DNA of 56,229 bases, counting the filler, from Catajapyx aquilonaris (lineage: Eukaryota), in NCBI GenBank assembly GCA_000934665.2. It is 3 parts of 3 records of this genome, joined end to end, with 100 filler letters (N's around TTAATTAATTAA, not from the genome) between each part and the next. Parts side by side here need not be neighbours in the genome. Positions count along the whole stretch, not along the records: positions 1 to 18,629 come from JYFJ02006647.1; positions 18,730 to 37,448 come from JYFJ02006648.1; 1 more part is not named here. One strand, given 5' to 3'. The notes under the pieces were generated by a model. It did no database searches. It had not been told where the DNA came from and saw only the letters and a list, made by a program, of their open reading frames with translations. The position numbers and the translations under genes were made by a program. Position 1 is the first letter of the stretch; each line of letters starts with the position of its first letter. Positions 11,683-24,375 of this stretch are shown here, piece after piece.

Positions 11683-14600
11683 ATGGATAGGACCTGTTCA
11701 TGTTACAGCCATTTCGACTCGGGAGCACCTGACTTTTGCCCAGACTGTGGATCCATCCTTCCCCTCCTTTCTGGTTCTCTAATGCATGGCATGAGGGCTG
11801 GAGATGCTGCCATTGCAGTTGCTGAAGGAGGGAATAAACAAGTCAGGTGCTCTATCTGCAACCTACAACAGGATGCACGTGGTATGTATTATGTGCTTCG
11901 GAATTGAGCTCAGCTCGCCCATACTGGTTCGCAGGTGGTTATTGCCACTGACTCCCATTGCCATAGCTGCAGGTGTAGCAATGCCAATTTACATGCACCA
12001 TTGAAACCTAATTTGAAATGCTTTTTATAAAATTAAAGTGAGAGGTAACTGAGATGACACATGGAAAATTTTTACTGATATGGACGTGATTCAATTCTGA
12101 AACACACTGTACATTTACATAATTATGTTGGTGTAACAAATTAAATGGTCATCCAGCTGATAATAATGATTATGACCACAAATAATGCACAAAGGGAGGA
12201 AAGAGTACTGGCAAGACACCAACTCAAGCCACATCATTTCACATGTTGTTTGTATGTAGACATCAGAGAAACTGGTGCTAGTAGTCAGTACAGGATTTAT
12301 TAATAATTAATCCAAATGTTTACCAGTATTAATTGTGGAAATCTTACACACCTGCCAAATTTTGTGCTGGATAATATGACAACACTCTTGCTTGCACAAG
12401 ATTAAAGAACCTTCCTCTCTGCTGCTGGATACCATGTAGGACAGAAAATACAGGGTCCTCGAAAAAGAATATCCCAACATATTTTAAAACCCTATTACTC
12501 GGAAACATGTAGACATATCTGAATGATTTAAGTGTTGAAATGCTAAGAGAGGTCTAAAGTTTTGGTCTCGCCTTATATTGTTTCGATATGAGCTTCATGT
12601 GTCGCTCGGCAGGTAAAAAAGGCGGTAATGGATGTTGTGCCAAACCCTATCAATCATATCTGGAGTTACCGTTGCAATCCTATCCCGTAGGTGCTGGATA
12701 TTTGGGTCTTTACACCACACACATTGTTCTTGATGATCCACATAAAAAGTCGCCTCATCCATGAAACAAACCTGCCGTAAGAGAATTTCATTTGTTCAGC
12801 CTCCCAGTGTGTGCGAAGTCTTTAATGAGTAGTTTCGTCATGCTTAGCTCCTCCCAAAGTCCAGATCTTACCATTATGGACGCTTTTGTGGCGACACATG
12901 TATGGTGAAATATCCAGCATCGCCAGCACCTACGGGATAAGATTGCAACGGTAATTCCAGACATGTCTGAGCGGGTTTGGTACGACACCAATTACCGTAT
13001 TTAAATTTTTTGAGCGACAATGGAGCTCATGTCGAAACAAATTGTTGTAAGGTCAAGACTTTAGACACCTCTGATCATTTCAAAACTGAAATCATTAAGA
13101 TATGTCTACAAGTTTTTGAGTTACAGAATTTTCAAATTGGGACATTCTTTTTCGATGACCCTGTATAAGTGCAATTTGTCTGAAAAGTTAGCAATAATCA
13201 TAATTTTTTGGTAAAGCAGTAATATCATCAAGTAGAATGTTTTGAACTATTGGAACATCAAGAACGATGGGATTCTGGAAAAGCTGAACATAGTTTTCAA
13301 TTATGGTGGTACCCTCATACACAATGAGAGCAGGGACGGCACGTAGGGGTCGCGAGGCGCGGAGAGAAAGTCAGGCGCGGGGCCCCTTGAAACGGGGGGC
13401 GGGGGCAAAATATTCCCCAAGGGAGAAGATGAATTTTTATGGCCTTGCGCTATGGATTATGAATTTTTTGTAACGTAAGTTGTCCAGCAAAAGAAATTGC
13501 CTATTTAACTCTTAATGGTTCCAACATTTTTGCGACGGGCTATTGCTTTACAATCGACTTATTTATGATTGTTTCATTGTTATTAAGACGGAACCAAAGT
13601 CCAAAACCCAGTTATCTCGTCTATTTGAGGTGGAAAAGGAGGTACTAGGAAAAGGAGAAGATGGTAGAGGAGGCAAGAGTGAAGACGATGTGAATTAAAC
13701 TTAATATGGCCTAATCTAGCTGGGTCAGGCCAGAGATTTTCAGGCAATACGTAACTTAATTATCGTGCTGGGAAGTAATGCCCAGGTTTTGACATTGAAA
13801 TCGCCGAATTTTTTGCACTGCAAATAGACAAGATACCTGGGTTTTTCTTGTCTTAATTGTAATACTATTAAACAATCATAAATAACATGATTATAAAGCG
13901 AGAGGCCAAAGTGAAAATGTTGGAAAACTGATGGTTTTAAATGCAATTTTTTAAATTGAACATTTACTTCTCTAAATATATTCTCAATTAGGCTTCATCT
14001 CGCGTCAGGGCCATCAAAAATTGACACTTCTTTTCTCTCCAATGAAAATAATGATTTATACCGAATGTAGCCATTATGAGATGTTACATCCTTACACGTA
14101 TTTAAAGAAGGTCTCAAATTACATTTTGCATGAATATTTTGTATTTTTCATTCGTAAGATATTTGCGGTCAAACATGGAGTGCAATTTTTAATAAAATTT
14201 AATAGACAGATTTGGCGGCTGCGTTAGTAAAAATCGAAGACACAAACAGTCTGAGTGGGGCCCCTGAAAATTTTGGGGCCCAGAAAGGGGGGCCTCGTCT
14301 TTGACTCAGAGGACCAACCATAGCTCATAGCACCACAATGACAATTCCACATTATGCAGAAGTGTGTACCTTTATCACAAGAGCCCCAGCGCGACTAAAT
14401 CAATTTGCTGTAATTTTCTGATAATTTGTATGAATTTGTAGGGGCCCCGCATCGTTTTAGCAGTTGGAAACTCGAAATTTATGTTAGTTCTTGTTAATTG
14501 ATGTCGAAAATACACATTAATTTCATTACTATCGTAGCCTACCTCTAAGCCTACACATGTTACAGAAACAGACCCAACCTATCTAAATTGTCTATTCCGA

Positions 14601-17053
14601 TTCAGCCCCAGTATACAGATCCACCGCACCAGCCACCCGAATGCGATTTGGACAGCTCGAAATCGCATTCAGGTGGCTGATGGTTGGATCTGTGGACGAG
14701 GGCTGAATGGAATTGACTGTTTAGGTAGGTTCAGTACGGTTCAGAGGTCGTCTGCCCGAATGCGATTCGGTACAGTGCTCCACATCCGGGGATAGGGGAC
14801 TCACTAAGCGCACTACCTTCCCCATAAGGCTAGATAGGGAGTGGCGGGGAGCTGGTCTGAAGTCAGCTCCCATATACTGCTACCCTGCCTACTCCCCTAC
14901 CATTCCCAGACATGCTAACTTAGGGGGAGAGGCTTGAAATGACACTGACTTGCTATGTCATGCACTCGACAACTTACTGTTGACATGACGTCATTCTTTG
15001 TGAAGATGCTGTTATGATTGTATTGGGGTGGAAGGATAGAAATCAGGCGAAAGGGGAAGGATGAGAGCTGACTTCAAATCATGGATGAACAAGGCAAGAG
15101 TTGATTGCAAGGTAGAGGCATGAAGAGTGCCATATAGATGTTGGTAACTGTCATACAGGTTACTGATACTGAGTGAGAATAAAATGAATACTGTGTAAAT
15201 GAATTACAAGACTAGCAATCCACTTGCAAGTTCATAATCATTGTTAATACGGAGAGAGATTTTGATACTTATTGTATAGCTTTGCATCCTCATGTCCATT
15301 CATTTGGGTGTTCCATTGTGTCAATAAGGATCATAATGATATCATAGATTTTTTTTTTTTGACATTATGGATCTCATGTATTGATAAGGAAAGGCTGAGA
15401 TTACAATTTATACATCTACATTATTTTACTCCCACTGACTACTGAAAATACTACAGGGTGTCCCACTTTACCCATCATTTCTTTAATAACTTTCACACAA
15501 ATGAAGATATTGCAGCAAAATTTGAACTGAACTGACCTCATTATGTGAGAAAGGAAATGGCATCACAACATGTGCTGGAAATGGCCACCATTTGCGTCCA
15601 GGCAGACCTGAACACTACGCTCCATATTTTGGACGGTCCTAGCCAGCATGTCCTGAGGCACAGCCTGAATTTCGCGGATGATGTTTTCTTTCAAGGTGTA
15701 AATGGATTGTGGTTTGTTTCAGTACACATGCTACACATCCCATGTCAGCATGGCCAAAATTCAGTCCTTATTTGCCGATCAAGTCATTTCAAAAGGATTT
15801 GGCTCACTGTGGTTGCCCGAACTTATACTGCCTGATTATTTCTTATGGGCCTTTCTGAAAAGGCAACTGTACTGAAACAAGCCACAATAATTCATCGACA
15901 CCTTCAAAGAAAACTAAACATCATCCAAGAAATTCAGGCAGTGCCTCAAGACATACTGGCCACTGGCCAGGACCTTCCAAAACGCCAAAATATGGAGCGT
16001 CGTTCAGGCCTGCCTGGACGCAAATGGTGGCCACTTCCAGCACATGTTTGGATGCCATATCCTATCTCACATAATGAGGTTCGTTCAGTTCAAATTTCGT
16101 CACAAACTCTTCATTTGTATTAAAGTTATTAAAGAAATGCCAGGTAAAGTAGCGAGTAGGACACCCTGTACATATACAGTATGTTTCATAATTTAGCTCA
16201 CATTAGTATCAGCAGAAATGTTGTGTACATCCACAAGTCCTGAGAGGGAAGGAAGGGAGAGAGAGAGAGAGAGAGTGAAGAAAGAAAAGAGAGAGTGGGA
16301 GCTTGCATGGGGAGGATGCATGCTTGGTTCCTATGACTTGCTAAAACTTGGGCGGCTCATTAATACCAATTTGACCCAGGAAAGGCTGCAACTAACCACT
16401 GATACAGTTTATGAGAATTAAATTGTGAAACCCCTGCAGTATGTCTTCATTTCTGGACCGCCCTGTTTGATTGCAGGGGTCGAAATTTAAAAATTTTGTC
16501 CAGATGCAAAGTTTGCACTCCAGACTTTAATATGGAGTGCAGATCGCTTACTTAATGGAGTGCTTAATTTTTAATTACTGGGTATAGCCATGTTTAAAAG
16601 CAGAGCCAATTATTGGAGTGCAAACTTTGCACTCCAAGGCTCAGTTTGGAGTGCAGATGACAATTTGGGAGTGCAAATTGCACCTTTGCATCCGAATAAT
16701 TCCACCACTGTCATTTGTTTGACAAACAAAAGGTATAATTTGAATTAGGTATTAAAGTACATTACATGCATATTTCTTCTCCCTTAGTGATGTCAATGCG
16801 TGAAAGCTCTTTCACACTGGAGTTCAATGAGGGCAAGCAGCAAGAGCTAAGGGTTAAGCAGATGAACCAGGAGAGGAAGAATGATGGGGCAGAAGATGAT
16901 GAGGGGGAGGGTCCATTGGTGGACAGGAAGTGTCCACGCTGTGGACATGATGTGATGTCATATGCAACCCTCCAGTTGAGGTCAGCAGATGAGGGTCAGA
17001 CTGTCTTCTACACCTGCCTCAAGTGCAAATTCAAGGAGACGGAAAACTCTTAA
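11683..17053 (+). CDS. POLR1H: DNA-directed RNA polymerase I subunit RPA12 (ZNRD1), ~154 aa
   Basis: Exon 1 11683-11881 (DFCPDCGSILP..CSIC; G|gtatgt), exon 2 16788-17053 (cttag|TG) with GPLVDRKCPRCGHDVMSYATLQLRSADEGQTVFYTCLKCKFKETENS, the diagnostic RPA12 C-terminal TFIIS-like zinc ribbon. Confidence 0.95.
12451..13163. mobile_element. Foldback derivative of a rosa/DD41D-like Tc1/mariner element (two inverted 3' ends)
   Basis: TA TSDs; cagggtc.tcgaaaaagaat TIR; both arms encode the transposase C-terminus (QHLRDRIATVTPDMIDRVWHNIHYRL..RATxxAHIE on -, QHLRDKIATVIPDMSERVW..NGAHVE on +); centre has LRQVCFMDEATFYV on -. Confidence 0.88.
14566..14742. repeat. Imperfect palindromic element
   Basis: aacctatctaaa..attcagccc..cagatcca..cagccacc.gaatgcgattt inverted with aaatcgcattc.ggtggctg..tggatctg..gggctgaat..tttaggtaggtt. 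Confidence 0.7.
15454..16168. mobile_element. Second, unrelated foldback derivative of a rosa/DD41D-like element (two inverted 3' ends)
   Basis: TA TSDs, cagggtgtcc termini; both arms encode NKPQ..TLKENII.EIQAVPQD.LA..QNMERR.Q.CLDANGGHFQHM; centre encodes PELILPDYFLWAFLK. Confidence 0.9.
16474..16710. mobile_element. hAT-like MITE with repeated ggagtgcaa subterminal motifs
   Basis: caggggtcgaaatt...aattccaccactg termini and several ggagtgca/tgcactcc copies; no clear TSD. Confidence 0.55.
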
Positions 17054-18629
17054 CAAGTGCACTCCAATCTCAACATTCATGTCTTTATTTTGATAAATTT
17101 TTATGATCACTAGAAAAAGCAGATGGGAAAGAACATTGTACTACACTTATTCAATATAAATTATTTACAGTGAATCATATGCTGTGCCAACCTGTTTTTT
17201 TTGTGTTATGTCTGGAGTGTGAATACAGAGTGTTTCCAGTAAAGACTCTGCCACCAGCATAATTGTTGGCTCAATACGTGTAAAAACTGCAAGGATGTCA
17301 AGTGTTTAGGGACCAACCAGTAATGAGGTAGATGACCAGACACGATTTCCTGCCCCCTAGACACATGCAGAAACATACAAGGCCATGCCGATAATTTTTG
17401 CCTCCTTGTACAGTATACGACATATAGTTTCATACACCCCGCAAACGAGCTTTATCCTGGCTATCCTAAGCAACCCACACGGCATGATAACAGAACCGAG
17501 TCAGCGGCAACAGGGCTTGGGGGGTTGGGCTGGCTACGGAACCAGGTGGGGGGGTCGCTGGGCTGACCTTGCGTACCCCGTAAGCGATAAACCCTTTTTT
17601 TTGACATTTTTTGACTTGCCCATGCCGGAGGAAAAATAACCATCGTCGCCTTTCACTAAATGCGCGCATACGAACTTGATGGCTGCATTCTGCATATAAT
17701 CAGATATCATTGAACTTATGAAGCATTATATTTGCTTTTGTGTGCTGATTGTGTGCTGCTGCAATTAACTAATTGATGCATTTAAAAGGAGCGTGGGAAG
17801 GGGGGGGAGTCATTTGAATGATAAGAACCCATCAAACAAGAGCGAATGCCAGCAAAGGCTGGATGCCTCAGGGGTTCGAAGTCCGTCTGGAGCCACAGCT
17901 GGATTATATTTAATTGTTTTCTTCTGTTAATATTTTTTCACCCCGGCATTGTCCTCAAATGATCATTTTACAGATCCTCTGTCTAAAACTATATATTGGC
18001 CAGAAATATCCCCCGGACGTAATTATTCGTCCCTTGACCTACCCTTAAACCCGCGCGAATTTTGGCGATGTGGACACGGGATTATTCGGCATATACGAAC
18101 AAGATATTTGAGCACCCATTCCATGGTTCCATGATGGTGCAATTCCCACACACAAAAGCTGACAGTAAGCAGCAGGGCAAGACACTCTCAAATACTATAC
18201 ACGACGTGTCTGTAAGATGCCAACAAAATTCGTGCTAACGAAGGCAATGTTATAGCATTTACTTTGGGATGCAATCTGCTTCCCCCTCTCTCGGGACACC
18301 GGAAGCAGCACATGAAGCAATGAAACCACCAGGAAATAAGTTGAAGGCAATGAATGAAGAACATCATCTTATACATAGCTTCAATTTGTCTTTTTACTAA
18401 GCTATGTTGCTTGAACTATTTTGCGATGTGACAAAAATGTCAGTACAGCTGCAAAGGAAGATTCCGGAAAGATGCGGTAGTGATCATGGTTTCGGACTAC
18501 CGTAGTTCCAATGTTGAAAAAATCTACTGTCACAATGCAAGAGTCAAATATCTCTTCCGGTTCTTATTTACAATATTACATTGCGAAGAGCCATGCCCAA
18601 AAAATGTCGGCAACGATCAACAGTTACGA

Positions 18630-18729
18630 NNNNNNNNNNNNNNNNNNNNNNNNNNNNNNNNNNNNNNNNNNNNTTAATTAATTAANNNNNNNNNNNNNNN
18701 NNNNNNNNNNNNNNNNNNNNNNNNNNNNN
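18630..18729. other. Assembly gap with artificial TTAATTAATTAA linker
   Basis: N-run flanking a six-frame-stop 12-mer; identical construct at 37449-37548. Confidence 0.97.
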
Positions 18730-19166
18730 ACGTTGAACTTGGCCGTATTTCAGATCTCACCACTTTTGACGGCCAAGCAGTCAGGAGAACTTGGCCTTTT
18801 TTTTACTGAAAGGTTTTTGGTGGGATACTGTATTGTTCTAATGGGCCATTCCCAATAAGAAAACTGTCAATTATAGTTTGGATGGGTGATTCTTGTCGGA
18901 CGTCGGTCTCATATTATCATATCATATTTTTGATCAGCATAAAAAATCCTGTGTAAAACTCAACCATCAAGCAGCATAGTGACAAAAAATCTCAAACTGA
19001 ATTCAATTGGATCATATAAGTCGTTTAGAGGCACTCAGTAATGAGTCTTCGGAAAGCAAATGATATTCATTCATAAAATTATTCCATTATGATTTAGCCT
19101 ATACTACCCAGATTCTCACCCTTTTGCAACAATGTGCAATTATTTTTCTGTCACTTTAGCGTTATA

Positions 19167-19377
19167 CAGGGTGCTGCTTACTAGTATTGCCAGCGGCCAT
19201 ACTATAGTATACGAGTAAGTAACGGCCAAAACAAGTCAAAAATGTATAGGGGGGAGAAATGTCGAGGGACCAACCGTTAACATGGCAGAGGTAGACGAAC
19301 AGAAACATTGGCCAGTGGTTGCCTAGGGAGCAGGATATGAGCATGATAATCGTGAATTGGCTATAAGAAACACCCTG
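19167..19377. mobile_element. Tc1/mariner MITE, internally deleted copy (cagggtg..ctta TIR, TA TSD)
   Basis: TA-cagggtgctgcttac...taagaaacaccctg-TA; same family as 47156-47637. Confidence 0.75.
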
Positions 19378-20811
19378 TACAGAGTTCGGTTTTTATGTTT
19401 TCACAAAAAGTCAATTGTTGCAGTAAGCCATTCCATTTCACACTAGGCGCTAGGAGAGGAAGACGCTAGAAAGACCCTTGTCCACCAATGGAGGGAGATC
19501 CTTCAGGTCCTAGTATGCTGGGGAAGACAGGAGGGCTTGGCAAGGGGTTGGGGGTGGGTGGGTGGCGGGCTGGCCGGGATGGACCAGGGCCACCTAGAGA
19601 CTGTCTCTAGGTGGCCCTGGATGGACTCGAAGTAGACGGAACGACGCCAAACCACATTCTTCGCGTCAAGTCGCTAAATACTCCTAGAGCCGCTGCACAG
19701 TATAGCAAAGCTGGACGCTTCTTTTGGCCAATGTTCCCAAATGTGACTTTCTGAAACTTCAGAGAAGTATAGGCTTACTGTATACCTACTTGATCTGAAA
19801 GTTTGCTTTGAATGTACATTTATTTGATGATCTCCTAAATAGCCTACCTAAAAGGTTTCCTGCCAACATTGAATTTTAGATCGAGAATAATAATTTGTAT
19901 TGTAAATTGCTCCTAATAATTTCATATGAGAATCTGAAACTCAGTTTTTACATATACGTTATCTGTCACAATAGGGATAACCAGGGCTTGAAAGTTAAGA
20001 ATATGCATTGTAAGAAAAAATTAAAATGGCGACAGTAGCCTACGTGCTGGGAACCTGGCAGAATTTTAATTTTAATTTTAATGGCAGCAATTTCAGATGA
20101 GGGCCAATTTTTTGAATCACTGTGTTTGCGAACAATAAATTTAATTAAATGAGGAATGAGTGCATGCATGATTCCCCAATTGTAATAGGCGAGCAATAGG
20201 CCTACCTCATTTGAGGTGTTGCCACATTGTTCAACTTGAACAATGTGGCAACATCAAACTTAACCTGATATTTAATAAGATAAATTCTGGCGACCAGCAT
20301 TTATTTTATTAAATATCACGTTAGGTGGGAAATATGCAACTCAAAAATGGAGCATCACCTACCATTACCGTAACAATTAAAGATTAAATAATATTGCGTA
20401 CAGATCCCTAACCCCTTCTGTGATCATTTCAAATAGGAAACAATATTGCAAATTCTCTACTTTCAAGCCAGGCTTTCCCTACTCAGGCACAACATTTAAA
20501 AAAATCATTTCACTTTTGCATGAAATATTATTGTATTATTACTTGCCGCCAAATTCTTTGAGTTTGAAGAATAACAAATTCCAAAACAAATTATCGCAAA
20601 TTCAATCCTAGAAGGGAACCTCTTAAAAGTAGCTTGCCATTATGCGTATAGGCAATTATCAGGGGGAAAATACTGCACTATTGGAAAATCATTGGGAAAA
20701 TCTCTGAAATTGTTCATAAAATGCTTCGTGTTCGTGTGATTTCATTATGTAAAAAGTGATTCAATAGCGTATATTGATAAATCACTCATGACGTATTCAA
20801 GCTTCAAGGGT

Positions 20812-21000
20812 GAAATGGTGGTGTATAGTGCCTATAGCGCCATCGCCTTCCATAACTCTGAGGAACCTGAGTTCGATCCCGAGGTCTGACAGAGGATGTG
20901 GACAGAGTTTCGATGGGTTCTCTCCGTGTTCGCGTGGGTTTTCTCGGCCGGGGCTCTCCCGTTCCTTCCCACAATCGAAATCCATCACAGCATGTAGGCT
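20812..21000 (+). mobile_element. Degraded tRNA-derived SINE with V-SINE-like central domain
   Basis: B box gagttcgatccc followed by gttctctccgtgttcgcgtgggttttctc..gctc..cgttccttcccaca, resembling the V-SINE conserved domain. Confidence 0.65.
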
Positions 21001-21870
21001 AAAATATACACACCTATAAAAGCCCCAATGAGGCCTATCACACGGGGTATTCATCATCATCTCTGGTTCCTCTTCAATATTCCTCGTGTAAATCTTTCGT
21101 CTTTTACTAAAGATTTCCGTGGAGAGATACACTCTGAGTTTTATAATGATAATGACGACGACGACGACGACGACGATGATGATGATGATGATAATTATTA
21201 TTATTATAATAATAACATAATAGATATTGAATATGACGTACTATGGGGCTCAAATTGTTTTGACCACGACTATATCCTCAGCTTGAATAGGGCCTTTGCG
21301 AAGGGTTGCTTCAAGACCAGGATAAAGTGGCCAAAACAATTTGAGCCCATAGTAGTGTACAGTACATATGCGGCGACTTTGATGTCGAAGTCAAAAATGA
21401 TATCGAATGTCTCACCAAGTCAACCTCGAATAGTGTGAAATTGACATACTATACGACCAATATAGATATATTGTATACTTCCCCTCCCGGCCAATATGTT
21501 AGACAGTTATAGCCTTTGCCCCTTTATATCTGATGAGAATGCTGGCATGTCTTAGATGTAATTCTAACTGGATACCACTATATAGGAAATAATAAAAGCT
21601 TACTAATCAATCCCGACAATAATTGCAACTTATGTAAGTGTAACCAAAGGAATGTTAACGACTGGGTCCACATCCTCAGTGAGTGTCCTATGTTCCAGGG
21701 AGGTATAGGGATAAGTTACAACAACATATACCAATTATACAAAGAGACATAATAATTGGTCAATCTTACATGAACCCACGATAGAGCAACTGAATGTGAT
21801 TTATTTTTATTTGACATATGAGGCCAAATGGCACGACAAAATTTTGTAATAACTATACTTTAACTAACCA

Positions 21871-22756
21871 CACTCTTAGAAAAGGTGAGTCAGAAAGTAC
21901 TAAAATGTAGTCGTTTTTGACTATTCCATGCATGGTTATAGAAGACTCAGGTTAGGTCACTCCCACCCCCCCCCCNCCTTTCGTACCTATAAAGTTCAGC
22001 CTTAGTCCGGTAGGGTCGCCACTTATCGTGGCTCCGAAATGTCTCATGGCGCTCTCAGGTGAGCATCCGCTGAAAAACCCCTCGGCAGGTGATAAGCCGA
22101 GAAGATAAGGGGTAGTGTCCGTGGGCTGATTCCATGTATTGAAAATAGCTCCGACGAAATATTTAGTCGTTTTCACTACATGCTATAATAGTCAAAAATT
22201 TGACTATTACATGACGTTAGTCGCATTTGACCTAACCCTACACTATCCACCGTCCTGCGAGAGTCGAATATGACCATGTGTATAAAGTCAGTGGTGACAA
22301 ACATTGAAACATGTGATCGGTTTCACTACTTCAGTTAGTCATATAACACAACATGAATAGTCGAATGTGACTCAAGCAATAGCATTTTTTCGCGCGAATA
22401 TTTCATCACACCAAAATAGCCGTTCCAAGCGCTGCTATCGGGGACTGCTTATGAAGGAAGCGCGCACTCAATGGCCTTGTGATAGTCATAACTCAGAATA
22501 TGACTAAACTGCTGGTTATTTTCTACAGCACCTTTTCGTTTGGTCAACATTCTGACCAACGCGATTTCGTCACTGAGCGGATTTCGTAGTTTGGTGACGG
22601 TTTGACTACATGTAGTCAAACCGTCACCAAACTACGAAGGCTACATTTCGCCATATTCCACCAATTATGCATAATTGGTGGAATATGGCGAAATGTAGCC
22701 TACGTATCTTGACTACAGATACTGAGTCTAAGTTAACCAAGGTCTTTCTAAGGGTG
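21871..22756. mobile_element. CACTA/EnSpm-like non-autonomous element
   Basis: cactcttagaaa...tttctaagggtg termini, flanks CA/TA, many gtagtc/gactac subterminal repeats. Confidence 0.7.
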
Positions 22757-23113
22757 TATCCATAAAAATGCAAAATTAGCTCAGTGTCACCCGTAAATTA
22801 CGCAGGACCAAAAATATCCAAATTTTCTTCTGCCGTCCCCTTGTTGCCAAATCTCTTATACCAGAAAAAGAATGATTTTAATAACTTAGATCAGTGACAG
22901 ATGCGAAAATCAGCCCCTCCAGTATTTTCTGCCTTCCTGGGCGCGGGAAAGGAAGTTGAATAATAAAAAACAGTAAGTCTATATATTTTGACACCGGCGG
23001 AGCGAGGGGCCAAAAAATGGTATGTTATAGCAGATATGGGGTGAAAATGAGTCTGTTATATCAGGAGTAAAAATATACAGGGCGCCTTGTGGAAGTATGA
23101 CGGGACAACTGTA

Positions 23114-24097
23114 AGGTAGTTCTTGCGCTTGGAAACGGGGGGAAGGGGGAGGGGGGTTGAGCCTATGTTTATACATGGGGCGAGCTGGCCAATACCTACT
23201 TCTGCGATTGTAAGACATTTCTGCTAGTATTTCTCTGAAACAGAGTTTTGAGTACGTGTTTCGCGTCGGATACGTTACGTGAACATTTATTTGGGGGATA
23301 ATAATTCCCTCGTGCACTTTTGTCCCGGAGAAGAGTAGAAATATGGCTGTTCCAAATACCGGAAAAAGTGCGGCAAATCCGGCAACGTTGCACACGTTGG
23401 CAGCACTTATCAACAAAGTATCGATGTTACGATGTACCGGTATCGATATTTCCCCCCAGCGATATGTTGAGTACTCGATAGTTAGCCCAACTATCGATAT
23501 ATCGATATTTTAATACTGTCTAGTCGACCAATAACTTGAGACCAGAGACCAATCTCCCATACACAATCATACACAATCATACAGTACCGGACCGGCGTTT
23601 CATTCAGAAACTCCACGGACAACACTTGCACTTCCCTTGTCAGTTACATGACATTCTGAAACCTAGGCGGCTCGGGATTTTCAAATCCCGAGCGAAGGCC
23701 GCCATGACGACCGTCGCTTACAGCGTTGCCACTTCGACGCCAACTGTAGAGTCCGCTCCTCACAAAATGACGATTTTCGGGGGAAGGACCAAGGTGACCA
23801 CTATGAAAATCGCCACTAAATTAATCTCCCGACTGTCCCCCACATGAATATGGTTTTTTGTTAACATCTTAATATTTTTAATGAAGCTAGGGACACTTTT
23901 CTCGAGGTCCGCAGACCGGCTCCCATAAGGCTCCATGCATAAGGGGCCGCCAGAAGCCCAACTTTGAAAATTAATATCTCACAAACGAGATAGACGAACC
24001 TCTTGAATCTTCACAGGAGTATGTGCGACATGCCCAGGAATGGATGGTGTGATTTTCACGAAATTGTCAATAAATGGACATAGCGCAAGAACTACCT
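23114..24097. mobile_element. Kolobok-like non-autonomous element (AGG..CCT termini)
   Basis: TIR aggtagttcttgcgct / agcgcaagaactacct; flanks tgta/tata. Confidence 0.6.
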
Positions 24098-24375
24098 TAT
24101 ACGTCGGCCTATTTCTGCTGCTAAGGCTCAACACCGACGCCAGAGCCAGGGGGTGGTCCTCCTCCTGGAAATTTGGCCACTCTGGGATCTTTAACGTGCA
24201 CTCGCGCAATGTCACAAGCACACGGGACCGACGGCTTTACTTCCCCTCCGAAGGAAGGCGCACTCTCACTTTCTACCACCCGGAGAAAAGTCACCGACCT
24301 CGGCCGGGTTCGAACCCACAACTTTGGGACCAGAGGCGAGCGCGCTAACCACTAGTCCACCGACCCCGGCGCGAC
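24098..24375 (-). mobile_element. tRNA-derived SINE with Meta-SINE-like core; 3' end split by the Kolobok-like insertion
   Basis: On -: tggactagtggttagcg A box, gggttcgaacccgg B box, core ggaggggaagtaaagccgtcggtcccg..gcacgttaaagatcc; 11-bp TSD gtatgacggga at 23095-23105 and 24376-24386. Confidence 0.85.

Noticed and set aside
13331..14450. hAT-like element with ggggcccc subterminal motifs
   Set aside because: Likely repeat-derived, but no matching second TIR or TSD could be fixed.
18674..18685. TTAATTAATTAA palindrome inside N-runs (also 37493-37504)
   Set aside because: Artificial scaffolding linker, identical in both gaps; contiguity across the gaps is not guaranteed.
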